DNA of 64,000 nucleotides from a virus. The stretch is taken from positions 94,717 to 158,716 of the IMG/VR virus record IMGVR_UViG_3300027779_000011; one strand, written 5' to 3'. Positions 1 through 9,859 of this stretch are shown in pieces. Below the pieces are notes generated by a model. The model worked only from the letters and a program-made list of their open reading frames with translations, made no database searches and had not been told where the DNA came from. Position numbers and translations under genes: made by a program. Position 1 is the stretch's first letter; each line of letters opens with the position of its first letter.

Positions 1-2
1 CT

Positions 3-3000
3 TGCGAGGATGATGACGGATATGGGAGATCGGAAAGAAGAAAGAAAATGAAAGATTCCGGTTCTAGTTACTTTGGTACTTCATTCAACTCAGTTATAGG
101 TGGTGGAAAGGAAAACACCATTGTCAACGCAGACCAGTCTTTTGTGGGCGGTGGAGATGAAAATATAATATCGGTATCAAGAAGCTCATCTATACTCGGA
201 GGAGAGAATAATTCGATTGAGCCATATATTATCATCACAGGCCCCTTCGGAACTGGTTTTCACAGGTCATTCTCGATATCCCCAAGTTATGTCTCGGCAA
301 TAGTCGGAGGAAGAGATAACTTCATAATGGCAGACGCAAGCGCATCCACGATTGTAGGAGGTGTTGCGAACACCATAGTTGAATCCGAGGTTGGGTTGCT
401 ATTCGGAAAGGATAATGCATCTCGAAAGACTCCGACAACAGAGGTTGTCACAAGGTTTACTCATACAACAGGTTACGCGGCAAAATCTAATTTATACGGG
501 CAGCACGCTCATGCTTCCGGCGGCTTTTATTCTGCAGGAGGAAGCACATCTAAGAGTGGAGCAAAATACGTTAAGCACACTTCTTCTCAAACAAGAAAGC
601 TGATGGGCTATGAGGATCTTAGCAAAACTTCTGGATTCTTGAGAACCAAGGATGCTTCGTCAGATGTTTTATTGCAAAAAGTAATAAACCAGGACGCCAA
701 AGATATATCCGATGAAAGGGAGTTTGCCGAACAGGTTGGCTCTAAAAAGTCAGATATTATTAAAGCGGGACAGGCAAAGTATATAAGCAAAGTAATGGAG
801 TCTGATCCAGACCCAACAACTGAAAGCATTTGGAGCTCTAACTCTGATATGCACATTGGGTCGGCTCAGACATCTGTTCTAACACTTAGGAGAGAGGTTA
901 CCTTTGGAGACTTTCTTACTCAGATTAACCCTCCGATGCTTTTTGGAGAAGAAACCGAAAAGGTCGGATATGGATTTCAGGAGGTAAAGACATTCTCCAC
1001 TTCTAACTCTGGTCCTAAATTTCTTATATTCACAAGAACCTTAGATAGGGATGAGAAGGGGAGCCATGAGAGCAAGACGTTTGATAGCTGGTATCACTCA
1101 CCCTCCAGCTATTTGAGTGATAGCCAGGGAAATGGCCTGCCTCTAACTGCAGATTATAGTTCTCGCGGTTCAGTCAGCGGCCTTCCTAGGCAGTCAGCAG
1201 AATTCCAATGGCTTCAGATATCTGATGTGCATCTTAATAGGGCGTATAAAATTCCAGCAGTTGGATTTTCTTCTTTCACCTGGGATTGGCTAGAACGCCT
1301 TCTATCTTGGACAGAATCTATGTTCCCAGCTCACCATGGCGTCACTGGAGGAGTAAGGAGTAATGGGGGGCTGAACTTCGAAAAAGTGCTCAAGGGCCTG
1401 ATCCCCTCGGCTAGCGACCCGTACGGAAACCCTATTTCGAGCCATACAGGTGTACCTATTAAGAGAATTACTAACGCGTGGAATGGAGGGTTTTCCCCAT
1501 TAACTGGATTACCCGATCTAAGTGAAGACGGATTGTCGGGGATCGTTGATGGCGTTACTCTGACTGACAGAACAATAAGCCTTGGAGATGACCTAATACT
1601 TCACCCGGTTGGCAAGGGAACGATTATCAGCAAGCTATCTGGAGCAGGTGATGAATATGCAACCCCCCTGACTATTATCATCACTGAGGATATGTTCGAT
1701 GCCGCTGCTGCTGGTGAGGATGGATATTTTTATTCTGCCAATTCAGATGGAACTTATACATTTTATTACAGATGCATAGATATGAAATATGACTTAGGTA
1801 AGGGTTACCCCTCGGAAGCAGATTTTGAGGCTATGGATAGAGTGCGGGTTGGAACCGCCCTCCAGGCTCAGTCTGATCAGGTTAGGACTGCAGATACATT
1901 TGAGATAATGGAGATAGGTCAGGGTTACAATATTGATAAGTTTTATATACCTTTTGAAAATGAAGTTGAGGATGAAGAGGATATTACAAACTCTAGTGAG
2001 TTTGAGCTATTTTTGAGTGATCCTGAGTTTGCACAAGTTTTGGAAGTTGAGCCATTTTCTGTTTGGGCGTTTAGTATTACTGCGGTGGTAACTACACACA
2101 ATACATCTTATGATGATGCAACGATGCATACTGCATTTGGTGGAAACAGGGGGATGCTTAGAACTGCAGTAATGAAGGCATGTGGAGGTATATCATATCC
2201 GGGGCTTCATAGTGGAGAATATGGTGACACAATCGACCTAACATCTGCGGTAGTGTTCTCCAATGATGAGAACGGCTTTGATAAGACCACGTATTCAGAT
2301 GGTGCGCCGTCTTCAGGAGTAAATTCTCCAATTATGGTCAGCGGAACATCTGGAAATTATATGGATAACTATATGGATAACGATGATGACGCCGGGTTTT
2401 ATCTAAAAGTTGATGCGGGATCAACCGCAATTCCGTTTGGTGCAATGTCTTTTGCTCCATCTCATAAGGATTATTTGAGGTTGATAATCGGAACAAGGCA
2501 TCCGTGCAGGGTGGTGGCTAGGGTTGAGCTAACTCAGATATCAGGTATAGAGTCTTTTGTTGAAGACTACGAACTAGTATATCTTAAGTCCCAGGAAGAG
2601 AAGGTGGCTGGGGGCAAGACCCCAACATCTGTTATTGAAAAGGCGATTGACGAAATTAATGATAGCACTATTTTGGAAATAGAGGATTTCGATATACAGG
2701 AAGCTTCTGTTATAGCGAAAGGCAAACAGTTTGCTGACCTAACATCTAAAGAGCTTAAGAAGATTGTCACAATCGTTGATGCGACAAAGGGTGCTTTGAT
2801 AACATCAGATATTGAGTATGATGTACTTACTGTTGATTCTGTAAATGATAGCATAGAGCAGTATGGATTAGACACTGTAACACAGAAAGAGTTAGAGACT
2901 GCCTCGCTAGAAAGCGCAACCCTCGGTACAAGTATGGACACTTCAATTGATAAAGTGTCTCAAGATATCTCTGCAGAAATAGACGCCTCAGTAGAGGCTC

Positions 3001-3071
3001 TCGGGGTTGACTTGAAAACAGATGCCAGCCTCAATGCTTATTTGGATAATAAAAATACTAAGCTATATTAA
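3..3071 (+). CDS. Fibre/adhesin-like virion protein, 5'-truncated (frame open from the window edge)
   Basis: Five S-x-[IV]-x-G-G-x-x-N repeats (SVIGGGKEN, SFVGGGDEN, SSILGGENN, SAIVGGRDN, STIVGGVAN), typical of trimeric beta-helical fibres. No in-frame stop upstream of ATG 48. Confidence 0.5.
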   Translation, partial: CEDDDGYGRSERRKKMKDSGSSYFGTSFNSVIGGGKENTIVNADQSFVGGGDENIISVSRSSSILGGENNSIEPYIIITGPFGTGFHRSFSISPSYVSAIVGGRDNFIMADASASTIVGGVANTIVESEVGLLFGKDNASRKTPTTEVVTRFTHTTGYAAKSNLYGQHAHASGGFYSAGGSTSKSGAKYVKHTSSQTRKLMGYEDLSKTSGFLRTKDASSDVLLQKVINQDAKDISDEREFAEQVGSKKSDIIKAGQAKYISKVMESDPDPTTESIWSSNSDMHIGSAQTSVLTLRREVTFGDFLTQINPPMLFGEETEKVGYGFQEVKTFSTSNSGPKFLIFTRTLDRDEKGSHESKTFDSWYHSPSSYLSDSQGNGLPLTADYSSRGSVSGLPRQSAEFQWLQISDVHLNRAYKIPAVGFSSFTWDWLERLLSWTESMFPAHHGVTGGVRSNGGLNFEKVLKGLIPSASDPYGNPISSHTGVPIKRITNAWNGGFSPLTGLPDLSEDGLSGIVDGVTLTDRTISLGDDLILHPVGKGTIISKLSGAGDEYATPLTIIITEDMFDAAAAGEDGYFYSANSDGTYTFYYRCIDMKYDLGKGYPSEADFEAMDRVRVGTALQAQSDQVRTADTFEIMEIGQGYNIDKFYIPFENEVEDEEDITNSSEFELFLSDPEFAQVLEVEPFSVWAFSITAVVTTHNTSYDDATMHTAFGGNRGMLRTAVMKACGGISYPGLHSGEYGDTIDLTSAVVFSNDENGFDKTTYSDGAPSSGVNSPIMVSGTSGNYMDNYMDNDDDAGFYLKVDAGSTAIPFGAMSFAPSHKDYLRLIIGTRHPCRVVARVELTQISGIESFVEDYELVYLKSQEEKVAGGKTPTSVIEKAIDEINDSTILEIEDFDIQEASVIAKGKQFADLTSKELKKIVTIVDATKGALITSDIEYDVLTVDSVNDSIEQYGLDTVTQKELETASLESATLGTSMDTSIDKVSQDISAEIDASVEALGVDLKTDASLNAYLDNKNTKLY

Positions 3072-3117
3072 ATTATAATTTTACAATTAGCCTTTTTATT
3101 CTATCGTATAATTGTGG

Positions 3118-3462
3118 GTGGCTACTTTGGATGCATACTTGATACTCGGATGTAATGGAAATATTGACCCCGATGGGTTTTTATATTGTTCGGAAACATG
3201 CAACATTGTTATAGACCTGGCGGAGCCAGTATTCATTGGAGATGACAATCTTTTGGATTTTTTAGATGAAACGTGCAGGCTATTTGACAATCCAGAGTAT
3301 AATTATAACGCTTGTATAAATATGATAACGATGCTATATCGAGACTACGAGTGTTTCGATGAGGATTTCTTGCACAAGCTTCAGTTTTATTTCAGAAACC
3401 ATCGAAGTTGCGGTGTATATATAATGTTAATGACAAAGGAGGATTTTGATAATGTCAGATAA
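3118..3462 (+). CDS. Hypothetical protein (Cys-containing)
   Basis: ORF track 3112..3462; the start is TTG 3112 or GTG 3118. Confidence 0.5.
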   Translation: MATLDAYLILGCNGNIDPDGFLYCSETCNIVIDLAEPVFIGDDNLLDFLDETCRLFDNPEYNYNACINMITMLYRDYECFDEDFLHKLQFYFRNHRSCGVYIMLMTKEDFDNVR

Positions 3463-3802
3463 AGTTTCACTTCCGGGGGGATCTAAGTACTTGGATTCGA
3501 AGAAAAGAACGGCTAAGGATAAGATAACTGACGCGTTTGATGGCTTTAAGTCTTTGCTTTCGGATAAGACTCATCCGGATAACCAGACTACTGCTTATCA
3601 TAATAATGTCGTATCTATCCTAAACCGCCTCCTTGTATCTGCAGATGAGTTGGATGACTCAAACCCAGGCGAGGGTATCTTTGGGCTAATAATTTTAAGC
3701 CTAAGGTCCTCTCTGAAGTTAAAAGATGAAATCATAAAGGTAGAGGTCGAAAATAGGGAGCTCAGGATTGAGATAGAAAAGCTTAAAAAAAGAAATAGTT
3801 AA
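3452..3802 (+). CDS. Hypothetical protein with C-terminal coiled coil
   Basis: GGAGG at 3438-3442 favours ATG 3452; heptad-like C-terminus. Confidence 0.6.
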   Translation: MSDKVSLPGGSKYLDSKKRTAKDKITDAFDGFKSLLSDKTHPDNQTTAYHNNVVSILNRLLVSADELDDSNPGEGIFGLIILSLRSSLKLKDEIIKVEVENRELRIEIEKLKKRNS

Positions 3803-3981
3803 TGCAGGATAATATAAAAAATAAACTCATAAGGAAGATTTCCGAAATGTCTAAAAAGATTAGGGGCGTTGAGGATTTTTCTAAAAAAGTTGGAGTTAGC
3901 ACAGATAGTGATGTCTACTATGCTTCTTTGAGGTCATATAAGGCAGCCCTTGAGGACATATTGCACAGTATAAAGGAGTAA
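3802..3981 (+). CDS. Small hypothetical protein (59 aa, MQDNIKNKLIRK...LHSIKE), not in the ORF track
   Basis: TAATG overlap with the upstream stop; fills the gap exactly up to the next gene at 3983. Confidence 0.65.
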   Translation: MQDNIKNKLIRKISEMSKKIRGVEDFSKKVGVSTDSDVYYASLRSYKAALEDILHSIKE

Positions 3982-3982
3982 A

Positions 3983-5074
3983 ATGCTTGTTGAAAAAGTA
4001 GTTGATATATTTGAAACTAGAAAAGAAGAAAGGATGTTTCATGTTCTGAGGTCCTTTGGAGTGGCATGTGATGCCATTTCTTTAAACGAAAAGGAATATT
4101 TTGATATTTATGACATAAGGTTGTCCAGGGGTGTGAAACATTCTAAACTAGAAAAGCTATTGGTTGATATCGGACTCTCTATATCCGCCCACTGCACACC
4201 AAAGGGCTCTGCTGTTATGAGGGACGGCATATACAGAATAGAGGTACAGACCAAGGAGATTGACAGCCCTACGTTTTCAGATATATACAGTAGAATGAAT
4301 CGTAATTTGTATATGCCGATTAGTCTTGGTACTACAATTTCTGGTGATTATCTGGTTAAAGATTTAAATAGCCTTCCGAATCTTTTAATCGCGGGGATTC
4401 CAGGCTCTGGAAAGAGTATGATGCTACACTCAATAATATTGAGTTTAATGTCAAAAAATTGTGACATACATCTGGCTGATCCCAAGATGGTTGAATTTGG
4501 AATGTATGAAAGAATGAGTTCCGTATCCTCTGTGGAAAACTCAGTAGAAGACATATCAGAGAGGATCGAGGCTATAAGGCAAGAGATGGATGCGAGGTTT
4601 ATATTATTGAAAAAATATGGATGCAGAAACGTTCATGAGTTTAATGATAGAGGTTCTAAAAAACATATGAAGCCTATTGTTTTGATTATCGATGAGTGGG
4701 CGGATATCTTCCTACAGGATAAAAAGATAGAAAAGCCTCTGTGTTTTATAGCACAAAAAGGTCGCGCTGCTGGTGTATCAATTGTGTTGGCAACACAGAG
4801 GCCATCCTCCAATGTGATATCTGGGCTGATAAAGGCAAACTTTTCTGGTAGGATAGCATTAAAGACCACTTCTGCGATAGACAGCAGGGTTATTTTAGAT
4901 AGAACTGGTGCGGAGAAAATTCTTGATATAGGAACTGGTATATATGTTGATCACACAACTCCATCGCCAGTTATGTTCAGGTCTCCATATATAGAGAGTA
5001 TTCCGCTAGAGATAGAGAGATGTGGGTATGATGACGGATGTAATAAACCATTTTGGAAAAAGTTCTGGACTTGA
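3983..5074 (+). CDS. FtsK/SpoIIIE-family ATPase (motor domain only)
   Basis: Walker A GIPGSGKS, DPKMVE, Walker B IIDEWAD, KGRAAGVSIVLATQRPS, and GAEKILDIG. Confidence 0.9.
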   Translation: MLVEKVVDIFETRKEERMFHVLRSFGVACDAISLNEKEYFDIYDIRLSRGVKHSKLEKLLVDIGLSISAHCTPKGSAVMRDGIYRIEVQTKEIDSPTFSDIYSRMNRNLYMPISLGTTISGDYLVKDLNSLPNLLIAGIPGSGKSMMLHSIILSLMSKNCDIHLADPKMVEFGMYERMSSVSSVENSVEDISERIEAIRQEMDARFILLKKYGCRNVHEFNDRGSKKHMKPIVLIIDEWADIFLQDKKIEKPLCFIAQKGRAAGVSIVLATQRPSSNVISGLIKANFSGRIALKTTSAIDSRVILDRTGAEKILDIGTGIYVDHTTPSPVMFRSPYIESIPLEIERCGYDDGCNKPFWKKFWT

Positions 5075-5076
5075 TT

Positions 5077-5616
5077 ATGAAAAGAGCTTCGAAGCAAGAC
5101 ATTTTAGATAACATAAGTATAAAAGACATAGCCCGTGAGAACTCCATTGGTCTTGAGTCTATTCTTAGTGGGAACTTTACGCACCGATGCCGGTGCCCGT
5201 CAAAGGATCATAAGCATGGTCTTGAGAGAACAAGCTCACTATACATTGATTCTGTTAATAATAATTTTTACTGCTTTGGCTGCACTTCATCATCAAACGT
5301 AATAGACTTTCATATGCTATGTAAGGATGTTACTTTTTCGGACGCAATCTTGGAACTTGGGAAAAGGATCGATGTAGAGTTAATAAAGCCAAGAAAGTTT
5401 CACATAGTAAAAAATAACTTTTCTATATTTGTTGAAATTTCAAAAGCAATAAGGGGTTATATAATGTCCAATAAGAAAGACATGCTGTGGGTAGACAAGC
5501 TATGCGAGAGGGTTGATCTGTACTATGAAAAAATTGGCTACGAGGACATACTCTCCGCTAGAAAAATACTATCGAATGTTAAAGATGCAATATCAAAAAG
5601 GGAGGGTCTAAGATGA
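5077..5616 (+). CDS. Stand-alone CHC2 (DnaG-type) zinc-finger protein
   Basis: CRCPSKDH...ERTSSLYI...FYCFGC...NVIDF...FSDAILELG matches the primase Zn-binding domain; no TOPRIM domain. Confidence 0.8.
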   Translation: MKRASKQDILDNISIKDIARENSIGLESILSGNFTHRCRCPSKDHKHGLERTSSLYIDSVNNNFYCFGCTSSSNVIDFHMLCKDVTFSDAILELGKRIDVELIKPRKFHIVKNNFSIFVEISKAIRGYIMSNKKDMLWVDKLCERVDLYYEKIGYEDILSARKILSNVKDAISKREGLR

Positions 5617-6788
5617 GGGTCGTTATTTGCGGAGACAGTCATATAGGCGCAACGTTTGGGCTGGGCAAATCCAATGGGTCTGGTGGAAATACAAGGGTTG
5701 ATGATTATGAAAAAAGTCTTAATTATATTGTAGATTACTGTATATCAGAAGGTGTTGACGCATTTGTTCAAACCGGAGACATGTTCGAGTCAAGGTCACC
5801 CTCTCCAGAGCATATGGATATTGTTGATAGCGCTCTTAAGAAGTTGTCTGATGCAAATATAACAAGCGTAGTTATAATGGGTAATCACGATTATAGAAGG
5901 TCTGGAGATTCGTTCACTAGCGCAATATCTTCATTGCCGGCAAAAAACTATCCAAACGTTAGGCTAGTTCTTGAGCCTCAAAACATTCTAATATCAAATG
6001 ACTTAGGAGAGGGCGTGAATGTAGTTCTTATTCCATATAGGGATAGAAGGATGTATGATGGTGAAAACATAAGAGAGCAGTCTCAAAATTATAATATTCA
6101 CATTAAGTCAATTATTGATTCGATATCGAATAAGCATCCAATAATGTCGGTCGGCCACAATTTCTTTTACGAGGGAAGCTATAACGACTATGGCGGAACT
6201 GAGATATTAGCGGGGGTAAATGTTTTTTCAGACTGCAATCTTGCTGTCATGGGCCACCTGCATACTTTTAGAGAGCTTTCGTGTAAAAGCACAAAGGCTA
6301 TATATATTGGCTCCATGGAGAAGGTCAACTTTGGTGATGAGAATATAGATAAGTTTTTCATAGACTACTGCTCTAAGGGGGATATCGCTAGATATAAAAA
6401 GGTACCAGCACGAGAGCTGCTGTCTATTGACATAGACTTGCGTGACTGTGATGTATCAAATATAAATACCTCTATCGAAGAAAGGCTGAAGTCTTTAAAT
6501 GTGGATAATAAGATAGTAAAAATAAAAACAACAATAAGTGAGCAATTACTGTCATCTATAAACAAAAATTCTATAGAGAAGATGGCGTATTCCTTTGGGG
6601 CGTTTGTAGTATCAAGAGTTGCGATAGAGACCATAGCCTCTAGGATTGTTAGAGATACTTCGATACTTTCCAAAAATGATGATTTTTCAATGTTCAAAGC
6701 CTTTGTTGAGGCTCAGAGTTTAGGTAAAAGGACAAAAGAAAGTATTTTGTCCGAGGCTAAAATAATTATGAATGATAAGGATGGTTAA
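5613..6788 (+). CDS. sbcD: SbcD/Mre11-like nuclease subunit
   Basis: Metallophosphoesterase motifs GDSH, GDMF, GNHD, GHLH and YIGS; adjacent to sbcC. Confidence 0.9.
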   Translation: MRVVICGDSHIGATFGLGKSNGSGGNTRVDDYEKSLNYIVDYCISEGVDAFVQTGDMFESRSPSPEHMDIVDSALKKLSDANITSVVIMGNHDYRRSGDSFTSAISSLPAKNYPNVRLVLEPQNILISNDLGEGVNVVLIPYRDRRMYDGENIREQSQNYNIHIKSIIDSISNKHPIMSVGHNFFYEGSYNDYGGTEILAGVNVFSDCNLAVMGHLHTFRELSCKSTKAIYIGSMEKVNFGDENIDKFFIDYCSKGDIARYKKVPARELLSIDIDLRDCDVSNINTSIEERLKSLNVDNKIVKIKTTISEQLLSSINKNSIEKMAYSFGAFVVSRVAIETIASRIVRDTSILSKNDDFSMFKAFVEAQSLGKRTKESILSEAKIIMNDKDG

Positions 6789-8893
6789 TGCTTCCAATAA
6801 AACTAAAACTAGAAAACTTTTTTTCACATAGAAATTGCTCTGTTGATTTTTCAAAATTCGAATCAGCATTATTATTAGGCAACACTGAAGGTGACTATAC
6901 CAAATCTAATGGATCTGGTAAAAGTGCGGTGTTCGAAGGAATATTGTGGTGTCTGTTTAACAAGTCTAGAGCATCGATGATGGATGATATAGTCCTATGG
7001 GGAGAAACTCACTGTTCTGCTACATTTGATTTTTCAAAGTCTGGGTACTCATACAGGGTAAAGAGATCTAGGAATAAAATAAACTCGACATCTTTGGTTG
7101 AGTTTTATAAATTAAATGAAAAAGATGAATGGCAGAATATATCTGGCTCGACCTCTGGAGATACTTCTAAGAAAATTCAAGATACTATAAAGCTTGATTC
7201 TAAGACTTTTACAAATTCAATATACTTTAGGCAAAACGATATATCTGAATTTGCAGAGTCTGAGCCGTCAAAGCGAAAAGAAATTTTGAAGTCGATAATA
7301 GATATATCCAAATGGGATGAGTATGAAAAAAGCGCTAAAAAAGAAATAAGGAGTATAAGTAGTGAGTGTAAGATTCTGGAGGCAAAGTCAGAGGGCCTTG
7401 CTGAAGATGAAGAGGCCTTATCCTGTCTTGGCGAAGACCTCTTACTCATATCTATGTCTCTGGATGAAAAAAGCAGCAAAGCAGATCAGCTTAGAGAGAC
7501 TATAGAGAATAATAATGTGGAATACTTAGCCATGAAAAAAACTCTAGATACTGATTCTTACGATTCTATAGTCGACAATATTGAAAAGCTGAAGAGCAAT
7601 GGAAGGAATGGCAGTGAAAAGTTATCTCTAGCCTTAGATCAGATATCCAAAATAGAGTTAGACTTAGTGGGTGCGAAAAAAACACTTAACAGGAAGAGCA
7701 ATGAGATTATATCTATAGTTATTTCTGATAAAAATCAAAATTATCTTGATGATATTAATAAAGATATTTTGAAATGCAAAACAGATATATCTTTATCAAA
7801 AGAGATGATTAACAAAATAAACTTAAACGATCTAAATAATGATAATTGTGATTTCTGTGGTCAGGATATATCGAGAGGCCTCCACGATAAAATTTTGCAC
7901 GATAATAGTGTTAAAATAAACAAATATAATGATGCCATAGAGATATCAGAGGGAGAGCTTGTATTGCTAGAATCTGATAAAAAAGACTGTAAAGAGAATA
8001 TATTAAAAATACGAAGACTGGGACAGTTGAATAGTGAATTATCTCCAGCAAAAAAAGAAGTAGAGATATTGAGATCTAGAAAAAATACTCTTGATAATGA
8101 CAAGGAATCTTTAGGACTAGTTTTGAGCAATACGAGAGCGGAACTAAGTGTGCTAAAAGATTCCTTGAATATGCTGAAGGATGATAATTTTAAAGCCCTA
8201 AGGGAAAGGTCGGCTTCGATGAAGCAGCGGTATTCTGATTTGCGTAATATTATAAATCAAGAGCATCAAGAGGTTGGTGCGCTTAAGCAAAAGATATCTA
8301 TAACACAGGATATTTTGGAGCAGAAAAGAAAAAGTAGGGAAGACTTGCTTGAGAGAAAGAAACGAATACAGCTATTTGAAAGACTGTCAAAGTTTTTTGG
8401 AAAAAATGGAATACAGACTATTCTTTTAGACGCAGTAATAGAAGATCTGGAAAAGAGTGCTAATAATATTTTATCATCAATCTGCAATGAGCCCTCGGCT
8501 ATAATGTTAGATACACAAAGAGTCGGATCAGACGGAATATCAATAATAGAAACTTTAGATCTGAGGGTCAGGCGGGATAGCGTTATACAAAATTTTAAGT
8601 CACTCAGCGGAGGTGAGCAGTTTAGGATATCTCTCGCACTAAGAATAGCGCTAAGTGAGATGTCAAGCCTTCATGGTGGCTCAAGCCTCGAAATGTTGCT
8701 TCTTGATGAGATAAACTCCCCATTGGACAAGCATGGAACAGAGACATTATTTTTGAGCGTAATAAAGTCTTTAGAAAAGAAATATAAGATTTTAATAATA
8801 ACTCATGATGACTCTCTAAAAGAAAAGTTTGATAACATATTAAATGTTACAAAAGTTAACGGAGAGAGTATTGTTGAGTTCACAACAAGGTAA
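6788..8893 (+). CDS. sbcC: SbcC/Rad50-like SMC ATPase
   Basis: Walker A NGSGKS, coiled coil with CDFC zinc hook, LSGGE signature, LLLDE Walker B, ITHD H-loop. Confidence 0.92.
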   Translation: MLPIKLKLENFFSHRNCSVDFSKFESALLLGNTEGDYTKSNGSGKSAVFEGILWCLFNKSRASMMDDIVLWGETHCSATFDFSKSGYSYRVKRSRNKINSTSLVEFYKLNEKDEWQNISGSTSGDTSKKIQDTIKLDSKTFTNSIYFRQNDISEFAESEPSKRKEILKSIIDISKWDEYEKSAKKEIRSISSECKILEAKSEGLAEDEEALSCLGEDLLLISMSLDEKSSKADQLRETIENNNVEYLAMKKTLDTDSYDSIVDNIEKLKSNGRNGSEKLSLALDQISKIELDLVGAKKTLNRKSNEIISIVISDKNQNYLDDINKDILKCKTDISLSKEMINKINLNDLNNDNCDFCGQDISRGLHDKILHDNSVKINKYNDAIEISEGELVLLESDKKDCKENILKIRRLGQLNSELSPAKKEVEILRSRKNTLDNDKESLGLVLSNTRAELSVLKDSLNMLKDDNFKALRERSASMKQRYSDLRNIINQEHQEVGALKQKISITQDILEQKRKSREDLLERKKRIQLFERLSKFFGKNGIQTILLDAVIEDLEKSANNILSSICNEPSAIMLDTQRVGSDGISIIETLDLRVRRDSVIQNFKSLSGGEQFRISLALRIALSEMSSLHGGSSLEMLLLDEINSPLDKHGTETLFLSVIKSLEKKYKILIITHDDSLKEKFDNILNVTKVNGESIVEFTTR

Positions 8894-8935
8894 TAATTAT
8901 ATATTTATTAAAATGATATATTTTTGGAGTGAAAT

Positions 8936-9850
8936 ATGAGTACATTAGCAATTACATTGATCGAAAGCCCTACGGATCTTGTGTCTGGAATCCCAGAGTA
9001 TATAGCATTTAGCACAAGTTCTCCGGCAACTGTTTTTTACACGGTTGATGGCACTGTGCCTACAAGTGGCTCGTTTATGGCGGCAGGAAACATTTACCTA
9101 TCATCACACTGGTCAGAACAGTGGGTTTTAAAAAAGAACGACACTATTACGATTAAGGCTTATGCCGTTTCTGGAGATATGGAGTCTTCGGTTTTAACAC
9201 AAAAATACAATACTGGGCAGCTGGACTTGGACAGAGTCAGGCTATTTAGCGAGGAGGGGATAAGGGTTCTTCCTCACGGTGGAGACGTTGTAGACAACTT
9301 ATCATACACATCATCCGGTGATAACGCACAGGAGACTGCTATACCGTTTAACGATCTAGATATAAAGGCATCTACAACTGATCATAGGGGGATCGCCATA
9401 TCTGGAACTACTGTTGGTTTCATTAACAAGGTTGGTGGAAAGGCTTCGCCAGATTATAATGATATTTCTCATGTAAACAATAATTACAACTTTGATCCAA
9501 AGGCGAAGGTTATCGTTATAGACGGAACCACACAGGCAAAAACTGACGAACAAGTAGTTAGAATTATAAATAGGCCTTACAATACAATGCATCCCTTGGA
9601 TAAGGATAAGGATGATTGGTACAACGACCACTTGAAGCAAAATCCAACCATATCTGGAAATCTAGTTAGGCAGGTTTATGACAAGTCCACTGGATATGTG
9701 ACGTTTTATTATTACGAAAGCAGAGATTCTAGGTGGATTATCTCAAAACAAAAAGTGGATGGAGATAACTTCTCCATACAGACCCCATCCGTTCAGACTC
9801 CATTTGTTTTTAAATGGATAAACGATAGATCAATGACAAAAATATACTGA
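8936..9850 (+). CDS. Protein with N-terminal Fn3-associated/chitobiase C-terminal Ig-like domain, possibly virion-associated
   Basis: ATVFYTVDGTVPT...TITIKAYAV motif. Confidence 0.6.
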   Translation: MSTLAITLIESPTDLVSGIPEYIAFSTSSPATVFYTVDGTVPTSGSFMAAGNIYLSSHWSEQWVLKKNDTITIKAYAVSGDMESSVLTQKYNTGQLDLDRVRLFSEEGIRVLPHGGDVVDNLSYTSSGDNAQETAIPFNDLDIKASTTDHRGIAISGTTVGFINKVGGKASPDYNDISHVNNNYNFDPKAKVIVIDGTTQAKTDEQVVRIINRPYNTMHPLDKDKDDWYNDHLKQNPTISGNLVRQVYDKSTGYVTFYYYESRDSRWIISKQKVDGDNFSIQTPSVQTPFVFKWINDRSMTKIY

Positions 9851-9859
9851 GGTTAAAAT

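Noticed and set aside
2356-2381. NYMDNYMDN 12-nt tandem duplication
   Set aside because: Real, but a trivial two-copy slippage repeat with no evident function.
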